Notes: generated from the sequence alone by a model not told the origin. Positions 25,524 through 37,076 are shown, counted from the first letter of the stretch. The stretch: DNA of 64,000 nucleotides from an uncultured Phycisphaerales bacterium (GCA_963844715.1 CAWJPJ010000008.1:672001-736000); one strand, 5' to 3'. Numbers and translations: made by a program.

Positions 25524-25761
25524 CGTGATTCAACCCTCTCCCGCGAACCCCGCGAAGACGGCCGTGCTCGCGCCGCCGGACCCTCTGACACTCGATCCAA
25601 CTTATCCGATTGAACCACCTTCTGACATCCAAACAAAAACCGCCCAATCCCCGGGCCGCCACCCCCGCGCCGCGAGCCCTCCCTCCCTCCCCGCGAAGCC
25701 GGCGGTGCTCGCACCGCCGGACCTCTCGAGTTCCACCCTCCACCGCGCCCCGCCTTAGTTA

Positions 25762-25806
25762 TCCCCTCTCCCCATGTACTCATGGGGAGAGGGCGAGGGT
25801 GAGGGG
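25762..25806 (+). repeat. Family-A REP, solo copy
   Basis: CCCTCTCCCCATG-TACT-CATGGGGAGAGGG-CGAGGGTGAGGGG. Confidence 0.85.
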
Positions 25807-25882
25807 CGACCAGCCGCGAAATGCCGGATTCGCAAACGCAAGTAACTGGGAACTGGCCCCTCGTTGAAACGCAGCAAACCAG

Positions 25883-25903
25883 TGTTATACTAATTATAGA
25901 ACA
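25883..25903. promoter_or_regulatory. Putative GntR(YtrA)-type operator
   Basis: AT-rich imperfect palindrome TGTTATACTAATTATAGAACA just upstream of the gntR RBS. Confidence 0.5.
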
Positions 25904-25921
25904 GATGATCGGAGGCATTGA

Positions 25922-26316
25922 ATGTTTTTTAGCATCGATGAAAAGGATCCTCGCCCGTTTTATGAGCAGATCGTCTCGCAGGTGAAGGCGGCGGTGGCTG
26001 ATGGCCGACTCCCCGTCGGGGAAATTCTTCCCGGCGTCCGCGACTTGGCCGACGGGCTTGGAGTTAACCTCCATACCGTCCACAAGGCCTATCAACGGTT
26101 GCGCCGACGCCGGAATCATCGATCTGCGCATCGGCAGGAACGCGAGGATCGCTGCCCGTGCGCAGGCCCGCCGGAAAGCGACAGGTGCAGAGGACGATCG
26201 GGCGCAGGGTCGAAGAAATCGCTGCCGAGGCGGCGATGCTCGGCGTCACCCGCCAGGAATTCAGCAGGATCGTTCAGCGAGCGGTCGCCGGGAAATTGAA
26301 GGGGGCCGCCTCTTGA
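25922..26316 (+). CDS. GntR-family (YtrA-like) transcriptional regulator (frameshifted)
   Basis: PFYEQI..QVK..V..G.L..GE.LP.VR.LA..LGVN.HTV.KAY..L; short C-terminal domain. Confidence 0.88.
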
Positions 26317-27242
26317 GCCGCCCTCTAAGACATCCTTGGTGGCTGCATCTTCCGACTTTGCTCGCGCTCGCTGTTTGCATTGCGGTGCCGCCGCTCACTC
26401 GCCCTTGGCCGCCGCGTCCGAGGGGATATACCTGGGAAGATTGGGCGATGCCGGTGGCGCTTCTCATCGTCCTTCTGGCGTGGGAGGTTGCGGCAAGCGA
26501 ACTCTGGATTCGCGCCGAAAACGGCCGAAAACGGTTCAATCGCTACCTGCTCTGGCCAGCGGGATTGGGCGGCTGGATGGCTGGGATCCAGATCGGCATC
26601 TATTGGGCTCGGCTACAGGGCATTACGCCGCAGTCAACGATTTACGCGGCCGGAGGCGCAGCATTTTGCCTGGCGGGCACCGCAATTTTGGAATGCCTCC
26701 GTCGGCCTTTGCCCCAGGTCCCGGCCGCGCCGGCGCCTGCCGACATCGGCAACGAACTTCGCCAAGGCGATAGGTGGACCTATTTCACAGTTGAGCGATC
26801 CCGATGGATCAGTCGCACCATATTCGTGCTTCTATCGCTCGCTCCCTTGTGCCTTATTTGCACTATGGATGGTCGTTTCCGGCACCTTGAGTGGACTGAC
26901 CTTGTCATCTTTCTGCCGTGGCTTCTGATCCTATTGCTCGATTCGCTGGTGGGTTCGCTGCGAATTCAGGTGAACCCAACACAATTGGTCCTTCGCAGCG
27001 GCCTGGGCTTCCCATTATTAAGAGTCCGGGTCGCGGAAATTTCGAGCATCGGCGTCGAATCGGTGCATCCATTCGCGGATTTTCGAGGCTGGGGAATTCA
27101 GTCGCGACACGGAATGCGCGCCTACCTTTTCGGAGGTAGTCGAGGAGTTCGCATCGAGACGCGCCAGGGAAAGAAATACCTGATCGGCTGCCGAGAGCCA
27201 GAGCACTGGCCAGCGTGCTTCGAGCCGCCGCGCCGGCAATAG
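26313..27242 (+). CDS. Multi-pass membrane protein with C-terminal bacterial PH-like domain
   Basis: TTG overlaps the gntR stop; about 6 TM segments; F.GWGI, GV.IET..GK.YLIG..EP. Confidence 0.6.
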   Translation: MSRPLRHPWWLHLPTLLALAVCIAVPPLTRPWPPRPRGYTWEDWAMPVALLIVLLAWEVAASELWIRAENGRKRFNRYLLWPAGLGGWMAGIQIGIYWARLQGITPQSTIYAAGGAAFCLAGTAILECLRRPLPQVPAAPAPADIGNELRQGDRWTYFTVERSRWISRTIFVLLSLAPLCLICTMDGRFRHLEWTDLVIFLPWLLILLLDSLVGSLRIQVNPTQLVLRSGLGFPLLRVRVAEISSIGVESVHPFADFRGWGIQSRHGMRAYLFGGSRGVRIETRQGKKYLIGCREPEHWPACFEPPRRQ

Positions 27243-27476
27243 AAAATGCCAACGCGCAATAATTGTCGGGTCCGCGAGGCGACAGGATCGTCGCCCGAAC
27301 GTTCACGTCCAAAGTGTCTTTTCAATATTCAACAAACCCCACCCCCCGTTCTACTTTCCACCCTCCACTTTCTCCCATCTATCGCAACTCCCCCCAACCC
27401 CCATTCGCAGTCAAAGTGTTACCTTTTGCCCAAAACTGTCCGGTACGACCCAATTATTTTGTCGCCAGATTTGCGC

Positions 27477-27514
27477 AAAAAAAAGAGGCCGGTGCTCGCC
27501 GTTACACCGGCCTC
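27477..27514 (-). terminator. Intrinsic terminator on the minus strand
   Basis: GAGGCCGGTG-loop-CACCGGCCTC followed by a T8 run on the minus strand. Confidence 0.7.
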
Positions 27515-27625
27515 CAAACATAGGCTGCCCGACCATAAGGTCGGAGACCCACAGCCTCAGCGTTGGATATCGACGAATACATTGCCAAAACTTCATAAAT
27601 TCTCGGACCGAGGCAATTCGTCATC

Positions 27626-27823
27626 AACCGCCAAGACGCCAAGAACGCCAAGACCAAAGACAGACAATCACTTACAACTCATCTCCCTGAAACTCACGTC
27701 GTTAACCGCCACGCCGCCGAGAACGCCAAGACCAAAGACAGACAATGACTTAGCACGCGCTCCTTCCAGCCTCTTCCAACTCTCTCTAGCCTCTAGATTG
27801 GCGTCCTCTGCGGCTTGGCGGTT
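27626..27823. repeat. Nonamer-periodic element (family D): two direct copies plus an inverted end
   Basis: AACCGCCAAGACGCCAAGAACGCCAAGACCAAAGACAGACAAT at 27626, a near copy at 27704, and TTGGCGTCCTCTGCGGCTTGGCGGTT at 27798. Confidence 0.75.
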
Positions 27824-27852
27824 CAATCAGACCCTCCGTATAATCACCCGCC

Positions 27853-29046
<1,194 letters not shown>

Positions 29047-29052
29047 GCGGCG

Positions 29053-29182
29053 GAAATCCGAAACCCGAAACCCGAAACCCGAAATCCGAATCAAACCAGA
29101 ATGCCCAAATGACGAAATGGTCTTTTCGCTCATTCGGTCATTCGGATTTGATTCTGGTTTCGGGTTTCTGGTTTCGGATTTT
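29053..29182. repeat. Heptamer-periodic palindromic element (family B) between convergent genes
   Basis: GAAATCC(GAAACCC)3GAAATCCGAATCAAACCAGAATG ... CATTCGGATTTGATTCTGGTTTCGGGTTTCTGGTTTCGGATTT. Confidence 0.85.
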
Positions 29183-29415
29183 CAAGCGGTTCGCCCGAAC
29201 CGCGCCTTAAACGCCTCAAGCGACTCCACCCCCGGCGGCAACTTCGCCTCCTCGGCCAGCAAAACCGGAATCCCCTCGCGGATCGGATAGCGCAACCCGC
29301 CCGTTTCGGCGATCAGCCACCCGGATTCCAACCGCAATCGGCTCCCCGTCACCGGACAGCGAAGAATATCCAGGATCTGTGCGTCCAGGCCGGCGTTGGT
29401 TTTGGTTTCAGCCAT
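29182..29415 (-). CDS. Trm112-family protein
   Basis: LDILRCPVT...L; YPIREGIPVLL.EEA. Confidence 0.88.
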   Translation of the reverse strand: MAETKTNAGLDAQILDILRCPVTGSRLRLESGWLIAETGGLRYPIREGIPVLLAEEAKLPPGVESLEAFKARFGRTA

Positions 29416-29498
29416 GCCGCGGAAGTATAGGGAAATGGGCGGTTCTTGTATAATTTCAGAATGCGACATACAGACGCTAAGACGTATGGAGCATGCCG

Positions 29499-29756
29499 AT
29501 GCGATTAGCCAAAGTGACCTTGAGCGCGGACAAGGACCTTATCAAAAAGGGGAAGCAACTGGCCGAAAAGGAGGGAACATCGCTTTCCTCGATGTTTTCC
29601 CGGTTCCTGACCGCCGTGCTGGCGCGGCGGGGGAAGCGGCGACCCGCCGGTCCGTTGACGCGGAAGGCGACCGGATTAGCCAAGCTTCCGGCATCGACGA
29701 CCGATCGTGAACTCCTCGAGGACGCATTGAGCGACAAATACGGGCGGGCGCGATGA
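29499..29756 (+). CDS. DUF6364-like ribbon-helix-helix antitoxin
   Basis: KVTLS.D..LI..GK..A...GTSLS; ends L..KY; overlaps the start of a PIN-like remnant. Confidence 0.75.
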   Translation: MRLAKVTLSADKDLIKKGKQLAEKEGTSLSSMFSRFLTAVLARRGKRRPAGPLTRKATGLAKLPASTTDRELLEDALSDKYGRAR

Positions 29757-29833
29757 CGGCCTTCGTCGATACCAATGTGCAACTGCCCGTCCGGTCACCC
29801 GCCGAGTTCCTGGCGGCCCGTTCGTTCGATTAG
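29753..29833 (+). pseudogene. Truncated PIN/VapC toxin remnant
   Basis: ATGA overlap, then MTAFVDTNV (PIN N-terminal motif) and a stop after 26 codons. Confidence 0.6.
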
Positions 29834-29861
29834 GCGCGATGAACGAATCGCGGAGGCGATC

Positions 29862-30393
29862 ATGAGCAACTCAAGCTGGACCATCCGGCAGCTATCCGCC
29901 GTCAGCGACCCCGAACTTGAATCGCTCTGCGACGTTTTGCTCGATTGCGTCGAAGGCGGCGCATCCGTCAGCTTCATGCATCCCCTAACGCGCAACCGCG
30001 CGATGGCGTTTTGGCGCAAGGTTGCCGAGGGCGTCGCCAATGGCGAGCGGATTTTGATTATCGCCGAGGACGAACTGGGATTGTGCGGCACCGTGCAGCT
30101 CATCGTCGGCTTGCCGGAGAATCAGCCGCATCGCGCCGATCTGGCGAAGATGCTCGTGCTGCGCCGGGCCCGGCGGCGGGGACTGGGAGAAGCACTCATG
30201 CGCACCGCCGAAGCGGCAGCGCACAGAGCTTGGCAAAACCCTGCTCGTCCTCGATGCCGTCACCGGTGGCGACCCCGCGCGGCTCTACCAGCGGCTAGGC
30301 TGGGTCCGCGTCGGAGATATCCCGAACTACGCCCTCATGCCCGACGGACAGCCGTGCGGTACGACTTACTTTTATCGCGACCTTCGCCAGTGA
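29862..30393 (+). CDS. GNAT N-acetyltransferase (frameshift near 30225)
   Basis: DCVEGGASVSFM.P; ENQPHRADLAKMLV..ARRRGLG; LLVLD...LY..LGW..VG.IP.YA. Confidence 0.88.
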
Positions 30394-30401
30394 TTCGCGG
30401 G

Positions 30402-31223
30402 CTATCCCTTGATGAAGGCCAGCAATTCCTGATTGATCTGTTCCTTCAGCGTCGTGCACATGCCGTGCGGAGCGCCGTGAATGACTTTGAGCTTGGCGTT
30501 TTTGACGATTTTCGACGATTGCATGGCCGCCGCCGCGATCGGGACGATCTGGTCATCGTCGCCGTGCAGGATCAGCGTCGGAACGTCGAATTTCTTCAGG
30601 TCTTCGGTCATATCTGTTTCCGAAAAGGCCTTGATGCAGAAATACGACGCGGGGAATCCGCACAACATGCCTTGCGTCCAGAAACTGCTGCGAACGCCTT
30701 CGGAAATCCTGGCGCCGGGGCGGTTATAGCCGTAGAACGGCATCGAGAGGTCTTTCCAGAACTGGGACCGATCGTTGACGACCGCTGTTCGCAATTGATC
30801 GAACACATCCATGGGCAGCCCCACCGGATTGGCCGGGGTTTTCAGCATCAGCGGAGGAACCGCGCTGATGAGGACCGCCTTGGCGACACGCTTGGTGCCG
30901 TGACGACCGATGTAACGGGCGACTTCGCCTCCGCCGGTCGAGTGACCGACGTGGACAGCGTTCTTTATATCAAGCTTCTCGGTTAACTCCGCCAGGTCGT
31001 CGGCGTAGGTGTCCATATCGTTCCCCTGCCACGGCTGACCGGACCGGCCGTGCCCCCGGCGATCATGGGCGATGCAGCGATAACCCTGCGAACTCAGAAA
31101 ATACATCTGATCTTCGAAGGCGTCGGCGCTCAGAGGCCAGCCATGACTAAAAACAATCGGCTGCCCCTTGCCCCAGTCGTTGTAAAAAATCTCCATGCCG
31201 TCTCGAGTCGTGATTCTGGACAT
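30402..31223 (-). CDS. Non-heme chloroperoxidase-like alpha/beta hydrolase
   Basis: [39 protein letters not shown]. Confidence 0.93.
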   Translation of the reverse strand: MSRITTRDGMEIFYNDWGKGQPIVFSHGWPLSADAFEDQMYFLSSQGYRCIAHDRRGHGRSGQPWQGNDMDTYADDLAELTEKLDIKNAVHVGHSTGGGEVARYIGRHGTKRVAKAVLISAVPPLMLKTPANPVGLPMDVFDQLRTAVVNDRSQFWKDLSMPFYGYNRPGARISEGVRSSFWTQGMLCGFPASYFCIKAFSETDMTEDLKKFDVPTLILHGDDDQIVPIAAAAMQSSKIVKNAKLKVIHGAPHGMCTTLKEQINQELLAFIKG

Positions 31224-31462
31224 GCGTTGACTCCTTTCGCGCGGAATTCAGCGAGATTCCGCAGGGGTGTGGGTTTCGGACGCGGTTGCTCAGCCAATCG
31301 CACAAATCCTAGCTCGCGGCGGCGAGTTTAGTCACCAACAAAATCTAAATTTTACGGATCACAGTTAATATCCGCGCACCCTTTCAACCCTCCCCCGTAT
31401 TCCCAATATTTTTCGCATTTCTCGCAAGCGTAAGACTCTTCGGCCTTTGCGGATCATGGTGC

Positions 31463-31576
31463 AACCGCAGAGGACGCCCGGTGAACGCGGAACGCGGAGA
31501 TAGATACAGGATACTCCGTCTTTAGATCGTATTTCCCTCTCCTCCAATCTCCGCGCTCTCCGCGTCCTCTGCGGTT
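31463..31576. repeat. Palindromic element with 15-bp perfect terminal inverted repeats (family D)
   Basis: AACCGCAGAGGACGC ... GCGTCCTCTGCGGTT. Confidence 0.75.
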
Positions 31577-31718
31577 CATTTCCCCTATTAGAATTAGTGG
31601 GTTACGCCAAAGTCGGAGAATGCCGCAGCAATTCGGCGGAGCACGGCGTTAGCCTTGTCGGAATTCGAGCCAGTTCTTGGAACGTTTCAGTGAATCCTCT
31701 AAAGTTGAATTTTGTCCC

Positions 31719-32004
31719 TTGGCAAAATTAGCCGACAAGATTCGCAGCGCAGGTTCGGAAAGAGCGCTATGTCTTCAGCGTTCACGCCAACGACGTTCTT
31801 AGAAGCCGGCACATTATGGCATGGCAGGTTGTGGAGGGCTTGGACGTCGCTACGGTTGCGCGCGAGAGGCCGGATGCACAGCCCAACCCGGTGGTTGAAT
31901 TTGACCAGCGATTGGCCGACGGAACGGCCGTAAAGGTTGTATGGGCGTGGATTTCCCGTCCCCGCATCGCTAAACTTGTGACGGTGCACTTCTATAACAG
32001 GTGA
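31719..32004 (+). CDS. DUF4258-like putative toxin (one frameshift near 31750)
   Basis: Rebuilt as MAKLADKIR..VRKERYVFSVHANDVLRSRHI...KVVW...AKLVTVHF. Confidence 0.55.
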
Positions 32005-32010
32005 TACAAA

Positions 32011-32232
32011 GTGTTGGAAGGCAAACGGATCATAATCGAACAGTGGATTCATGCCCCCGCTTGTGTGGTGCGGGTTGAAGTGGAAGCGATTATTCCCGAT
32101 GCCGACCAATCGGAACCTTGCCTGGAGCCGAAGACGCTACGTTTTCTTGACGAGCTTCAGGCAAAGGCTAATCAGGGGTTAGTCAACGAGCTATCTCAAT
32201 TCGGAGATGTCTACGTCCGGCGTTCCGCCTGA
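32011..32232 (+). CDS. Small protein, putative cognate antitoxin
   Basis: Starts 6 nt after the preceding gene; AGGTGA RBS; 73 aa. Confidence 0.55.
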   Translation: MLEGKRIIIEQWIHAPACVVRVEVEAIIPDADQSEPCLEPKTLRFLDELQAKANQGLVNELSQFGDVYVRRSA

Positions 32233-32324
32233 CCGAAGCACCGGCATATCTCGGAGAAGTGCAAAGCCATCAAAACGGATCCAGTGTATCCCTCAGCGGA
32301 ATCTCCGCATAGCGGCCAAGGAGT

Positions 32325-34798
32325 CTACGGATAGGAGACCTTCACCTGACTATAGATATTCGCGCATCCGCTCGCCGAAACGCCCGCGCCGCCGAAGGAG
32401 CTGGGGATGATCGTCCCGTGCATGGACAAGGTTTGATCATCGACGGTGTTGTGCGCATCGACCGAGATCGTTGACCCGACCACTTTCAGCGTGAGGATCG
32501 TGTTGCGCTTGAAGACGCCGGATTGGATCTGCGTATCGTTCAGCGGCGTGCCGACGCCGTTGTCGATTTTATAGAACTGATAGGTGCACGCGGCCGCGGA
32601 TTTGGTGGTTCGCCAGTACCTCAGCGAATACCCGGTATTCGTGCGCGGGTCGTACTTGATATAAATATCGCCGTGGGAGTTGCGCGTGCCGGTGTCGTCG
32701 GGCGAGCCCGGGACGGCAAACACCGTTCCCTCGGTCTTGTCGGGAGTCACGACCAGATCAACCTGCATGTCTCCGGTATTCCCATCCTTAAAGTAGTAGA
32801 GATAGCATCCCTCGCCCCGCGATCCGCGCTCGCCTGTCCCGGCTCGCACGCCATATCCGTTGGTCAGATCGTCGCGGGCGATCACCCTCCAGACGCCGAT
32901 GATGTTCCAAATCCCGGGAGTCAGGGCGTCCGTCGGCGACTCGACAAAATTTCTGAAATCCGGCGACACCGTCGAGGATGGGATGTCCGCCGATGCGATG
33001 GGAGCCGCGGCGTTTGCGAACACGGCGGGGCCGGGATCGGAAATTGCAAACTTCGGCTCGACGCTGACGCGCAAGAATTTTCCGACGTCGCCGGGCATGA
33101 GCGTGTATTCCATCAGGGGCTGATTCCCGCGACTCACGGCGACTTTTCGCGCAGTTCGTTCCCGAGTCGTCGTCGCACGTGTACCACGTCACTAGGCTCT
33201 GATCCGCTCGCCCGCCCAGATCAAGCCCATACTCAACGCGCACCTTCCCATCCGCCGGCGGATCGAGCTTCGGAGCGCTGGCGACTTTCGGCGGGTCGAT
33301 GAATTTCGGCTCGACGTAAACGTATGCGGTGACATAAAAACCGTCGGAGGCGGTGGCGTTGATCGGAACGTACTCGGCTTCCTCGGTCGTGTTCGTTCCC
33401 GTGACTTCAATCTCCGGCCCCGTGGTCTGGCTCAGCGCCGCCAGATTGGATTTGGTTGACCAGGTGATCGTTTGGTCGGTCGCATCGATTGGAAGAAGAG
33501 CCGCACTGAGTTGCACACCCGGGCCGCCAGTGCGAACAGTCACGGATACAGCCGGCGACGATCCCGTATCGATTCCCGCCGCCCGTCCGGTCGCTTCCTG
33601 ATCCGCCTTCCCCATCTTCAGCGCGATCCGATATACCGGATTGCCCGGCGCGGTTTTTTCGTACTGATCTCTTACGCCGGCCGGGTCCCAATCGTCCGCC
33701 GGGCCATTTCGCGGGCGCGCAGCAAGTTCCACGGGTTGTAAGCCAACAGTTCCTGATCGGAGAGTTCGCGCGAGTAAGTGAAGGCGGGGGGGCTGACCGA
33801 GTCGTCGTAAATGACGGCAGGTTTCCCGGCGGTGTCCTTGTTTTTATAGGTGAGCGAATACTGATTCGGCCGCGGCACGGCCACGCCTCTCACCCACGCC
33901 ACGCGATTGCTCAGCGTCGAGACCGGCACCGTGCAGTCAATCAGCGTATCAGGCCGGGCGGCGCTGCCGAACTCGGCTTTATAGAATTCCATTCCGCGCG
34001 TCGCGTCGAATTTGCAATTGAAGAAGACAATGTTCGACGCGGACATCACGCCGCACCCGTCGGATAGGCCAGTTCGCAATCCTGCCAAACGCTCATCTGC
34101 CCGCCGCCCATCCAGTCGTCCGTCCCCTCGATATAGACGTTTTTGAAATACGATCGCGTTGTGCGCAGGAACATCGTGTCCAATCGCCCCAGGATCGCGA
34201 CGTTTTCATAAACGTGCTTGTCGCCCGCGGCCTGGAGGGCGACCGCCTGGGTGATCGTGGGATTGCGCAGGGTCAGATTTTTGCTCGGGTCGCCGGGGTA
34301 TTCGTAATCGCAGTTGCAGTAGTTGAGGATCGTCAGGTTTTTGGCCGTGAATCCCGTCGCGTTCACATCGAGCAGATATCCATCGTCGCTGGCCCCTTCG
34401 TCGAGCCCGCGATTGTCCGCCAGCACGACGGCCCGCCGGTTGTTCGTCAAACCCAGAAGAGTGATCCAGTCCTTGGTGATGCCCAGGCTCGGCTGCCGCT
34501 CCAGGCTCCCGCTGATCTGATAAACGCCCGGCTTGATCCCGATCACCGTCGGCTTCTCTTCAGTCCCCGCCGGCGCGGCGGCATACGCGGCCTGCAACGT
34601 CGTAAATTTCCGATTCACCGGATCGTCGGCGGGGAGAGTCGCGTCAACCAGATAGTCGTAAGTCAGCTTTGCCGGATCGATCGAATTGTCGATCGGCTCC
34701 GAACCGGGCGCGACTTTGTCCTGCCCATGGGCGGGCGTTCCCGAGCCAATCAAAATAAAAATGCCAATAAGGGGAAGAAGAGCCGCGTTAAATTTCAT
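32325..34798 (-). CDS. Secreted pectinesterase-like (CE8) beta-helix protein with C-terminal Ig-like/lectin-like domains (3 frameshifts)
   Basis: Signal peptide; FTTLQAA; I.PGVY; F.A.NLTI.N; QAVAL...GD; LDT; IEGTDD. Confidence 0.72.
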
Positions 34799-35189
34799 GC
34801 CTCGGGCCTCGCGCAGGATTTTACTCCGCCAGATGGACCAGCTTATCGTTTGCGTTGAATTTGACCATATGAAGTTGCGACAGACCTGTCGTTGGAATTC
34901 ACACATCGCCGACAAAACTCGAATTGGAATCCGCGATTAGGGGGCGAGGTTGGGCTCGCGCACGAGACTGGAGAGGGATTCCGATCTTGGAGCCAGCCCT
35001 TTAGTCGCGAATTGAACGCCTTTTTGTTGTTAAAACGGACATACGGCGGTCGATTCTGCACAGTCTACCACGACGTGGTTCATATAATATGCTCAAAAAT
35101 AATGAGTTACGATTCTATAAACGTTGCCATTAGACAATTAAAGACTCACGATCTTTTTTTCCGACATAGCTTGCTATATAATTATGGTC

Positions 35190-36263
35190 ATGGCAAAACC
35201 CAAGCAACCAGGCGATTCCGAGGGCGCGCGGCGCAGATATGTGTCGCAGGCGGATGTTCCCTTCTTTCCACTTACGCAGGCGATCCGAATTGCCCGCGCG
35301 CTTGCGGACAATTTCGCCGCAAGGGACGCGAGGCCAATCCAACTGGCCCAGGCGTTAAATGTCCAGCCGTCCTCAGGTCCCTTCCGAATGCTGTGCGGCT
35401 CGTCAATTGCCTATGGACTTACGGAGGGAGGGTATAACGCAGCGGCGATAGCGTTAACCCAATTGGGCAAGCGAGTCGTCACGCCTACCACCGAGGGCGA
35501 CGACGCTGCAGCAATGAGGGAGGCTATGTTGAAACCGCGTGTGCTCGGGGAATTCCTAAAGCGTTACGATGGGTCCAAGCTTCCGCGGGAAGACATCGCC
35601 TGTAATGTGCTGGTTGAGCTAGGCGTTCCGCGGGAATCGGCAAAGCGGACCTTCGACTCGATTGTAGATGGAGCAAAAACTGTTGGATTCTTTCGGCAGA
35701 TTAACGGGTCGGACTACATCGACTTGCAGGGTACGCCCAGCGAAATGGCATCGTCTGAGGAGTGTATTCCCGAGGCGGGGGAGATTGACGTTGTTGATGT
35801 GACCGATGAGGAAGGCGGCGTCCCACCGAAAATATCGGCGCTCCCGGCCGTGACAAATATAAAGGCTAACGCCCAAGCAAAAGTCTTTGTCGCACACGGG
35901 CATGACCTCAAACTTCTTGAGCAGGTCAAGACTATGCTGAACGTGGCGGAGGTGGAGTATGAAATTGCCGAGGAGGAGCAGACCACCGCGATTCCCGTTC
36001 CGGACAAAGTCAGCGCGGCGATGCGAAGGTGCAACGCAGCTTTGATTTGTGTCACGGGAAGCGACGTAAATCAAAACGTATTGATCGAGATCGGTGCCGC
36101 ATTCGTCCTGTACGGCAACGAACGCGTTATTCTGCTTTGGCAAAAGGGGACACAGGTGCCCTCCAATTTGCAGGGTCTCTATCGTTCTGAGTTCGATCGC
36201 GCCGATCTGTCTTGGTCGGAAGGAATGCGTTTAATGGAAGCAATTAAGAAGCTCAAGGCTTAG
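35190..36263 (+). CDS. Protein with N-terminal helical/wHTH-like domain and C-terminal TIR-like domain (PF10137 / Cap12-PycTIR type)
   Basis: KVFVAHGHD; NQNVLIEIGAA; RVILL; PSNLQG. Lower GC than the flanks. Confidence 0.82.
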   Translation: MAKPKQPGDSEGARRRYVSQADVPFFPLTQAIRIARALADNFAARDARPIQLAQALNVQPSSGPFRMLCGSSIAYGLTEGGYNAAAIALTQLGKRVVTPTTEGDDAAAMREAMLKPRVLGEFLKRYDGSKLPREDIACNVLVELGVPRESAKRTFDSIVDGAKTVGFFRQINGSDYIDLQGTPSEMASSEECIPEAGEIDVVDVTDEEGGVPPKISALPAVTNIKANAQAKVFVAHGHDLKLLEQVKTMLNVAEVEYEIAEEEQTTAIPVPDKVSAAMRRCNAALICVTGSDVNQNVLIEIGAAFVLYGNERVILLWQKGTQVPSNLQGLYRSEFDRADLSWSEGMRLMEAIKKLKA

Positions 36264-36491
36264 GCGGGAATGAGCGAAACTGAGTCGGAAGAGCGGGCAT
36301 AATCCGGTTCGGCCGCCCGGGAAGCGAGTGATCATGATAGCTTGCACCGTTCTGCGGTCCCCGCTCTTCCGACTTTGCTTGCGCACCACTGCGGAATGTT
36401 GTTAGGGTCGAGGGGCGGCTTACGTTTGTGGGCCATTCTAGATATTGGACGAATAACGCGGAAGCAAGGCGAGGATTATGTTACTGAGGGT

Positions 36492-37076
36492 ATGAAAATG
36501 AATATTAGCCGATATGAACCATTTGACCGCATCTGTAAGCTCATCAACGATTTGCCGAAACACGACTTCGGTAGGAAGGACATCCTTCAGCTCATATGTA
36601 TTTCAATAGGTGTGCCGGCCCAAGAGACCGGTCTTCCGATCACGCTTGATCGCAAGATTGGGCAGATATTTTGGGATTATGAGGCCAGTCAATTGCGAGA
36701 TAGATTGACGGCCCTTCTTGACCGCATGGACGTGCAGCCGGATTTTTTGGTCAACGGAATTCTGTGCGCGATAGACAACTACCTTGTTGGATTCACCGAC
36801 CCGGAGCAGATACGGCGCGCGATCGATCATCACCGGCGGATTATAGACAAGGTTCAGGCCGAAAAGATGCTACCTGTCGAAGGTCGAAGCCAAAAAATAG
36901 ATGATCAATCCCTTGATCACCTGAGGGAGTTGAGCGAGGCGGCTATCAAGCGCGGCGGAAGCGGGGAATACCGACGCCGTGGACACGCAAGAATCGGTTG
37001 CGCGGCTGGAAGAGGAACTCTTTCCCGACGGGTTCTGGGAAGCCTATTGGGCGTCAAATCTCAAATTTCCTCAATA
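36492..37076 (+). CDS. Hypothetical helical protein (probable frameshift near 36950)
   Basis: GAGG RBS; lower-GC ORF; alternative frame gives ...LEEELFPDGFWEAYWASNLKFPQ*. Confidence 0.5.

Noticed and set aside
23156..25723. Family-C repeats as a CRISPR array
   Set aside because: Spacing is irregular (about 140-1500 bp), copies are degenerate, genes lie between them and no cas genes are present.
26001..27242. Apparent GntR-membrane protein fusion
   Set aside because: Resolves into two genes with a TTGA overlap at 26313-26316 once indels are allowed.
27520..27560. c-di-GMP-I riboswitch call for the hairpin containing GGGTCT
   Set aside because: The GCAAA/GAAA P1 elements were not found and there is no downstream gene on that strand. 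Kept only as an unclassified sRNA candidate.
36263..36410. Integron attC site after the TIR-like gene
   Set aside because: No proper RYYYAAC/GTTRRRY pair bounding the stem and no integrase in the window.
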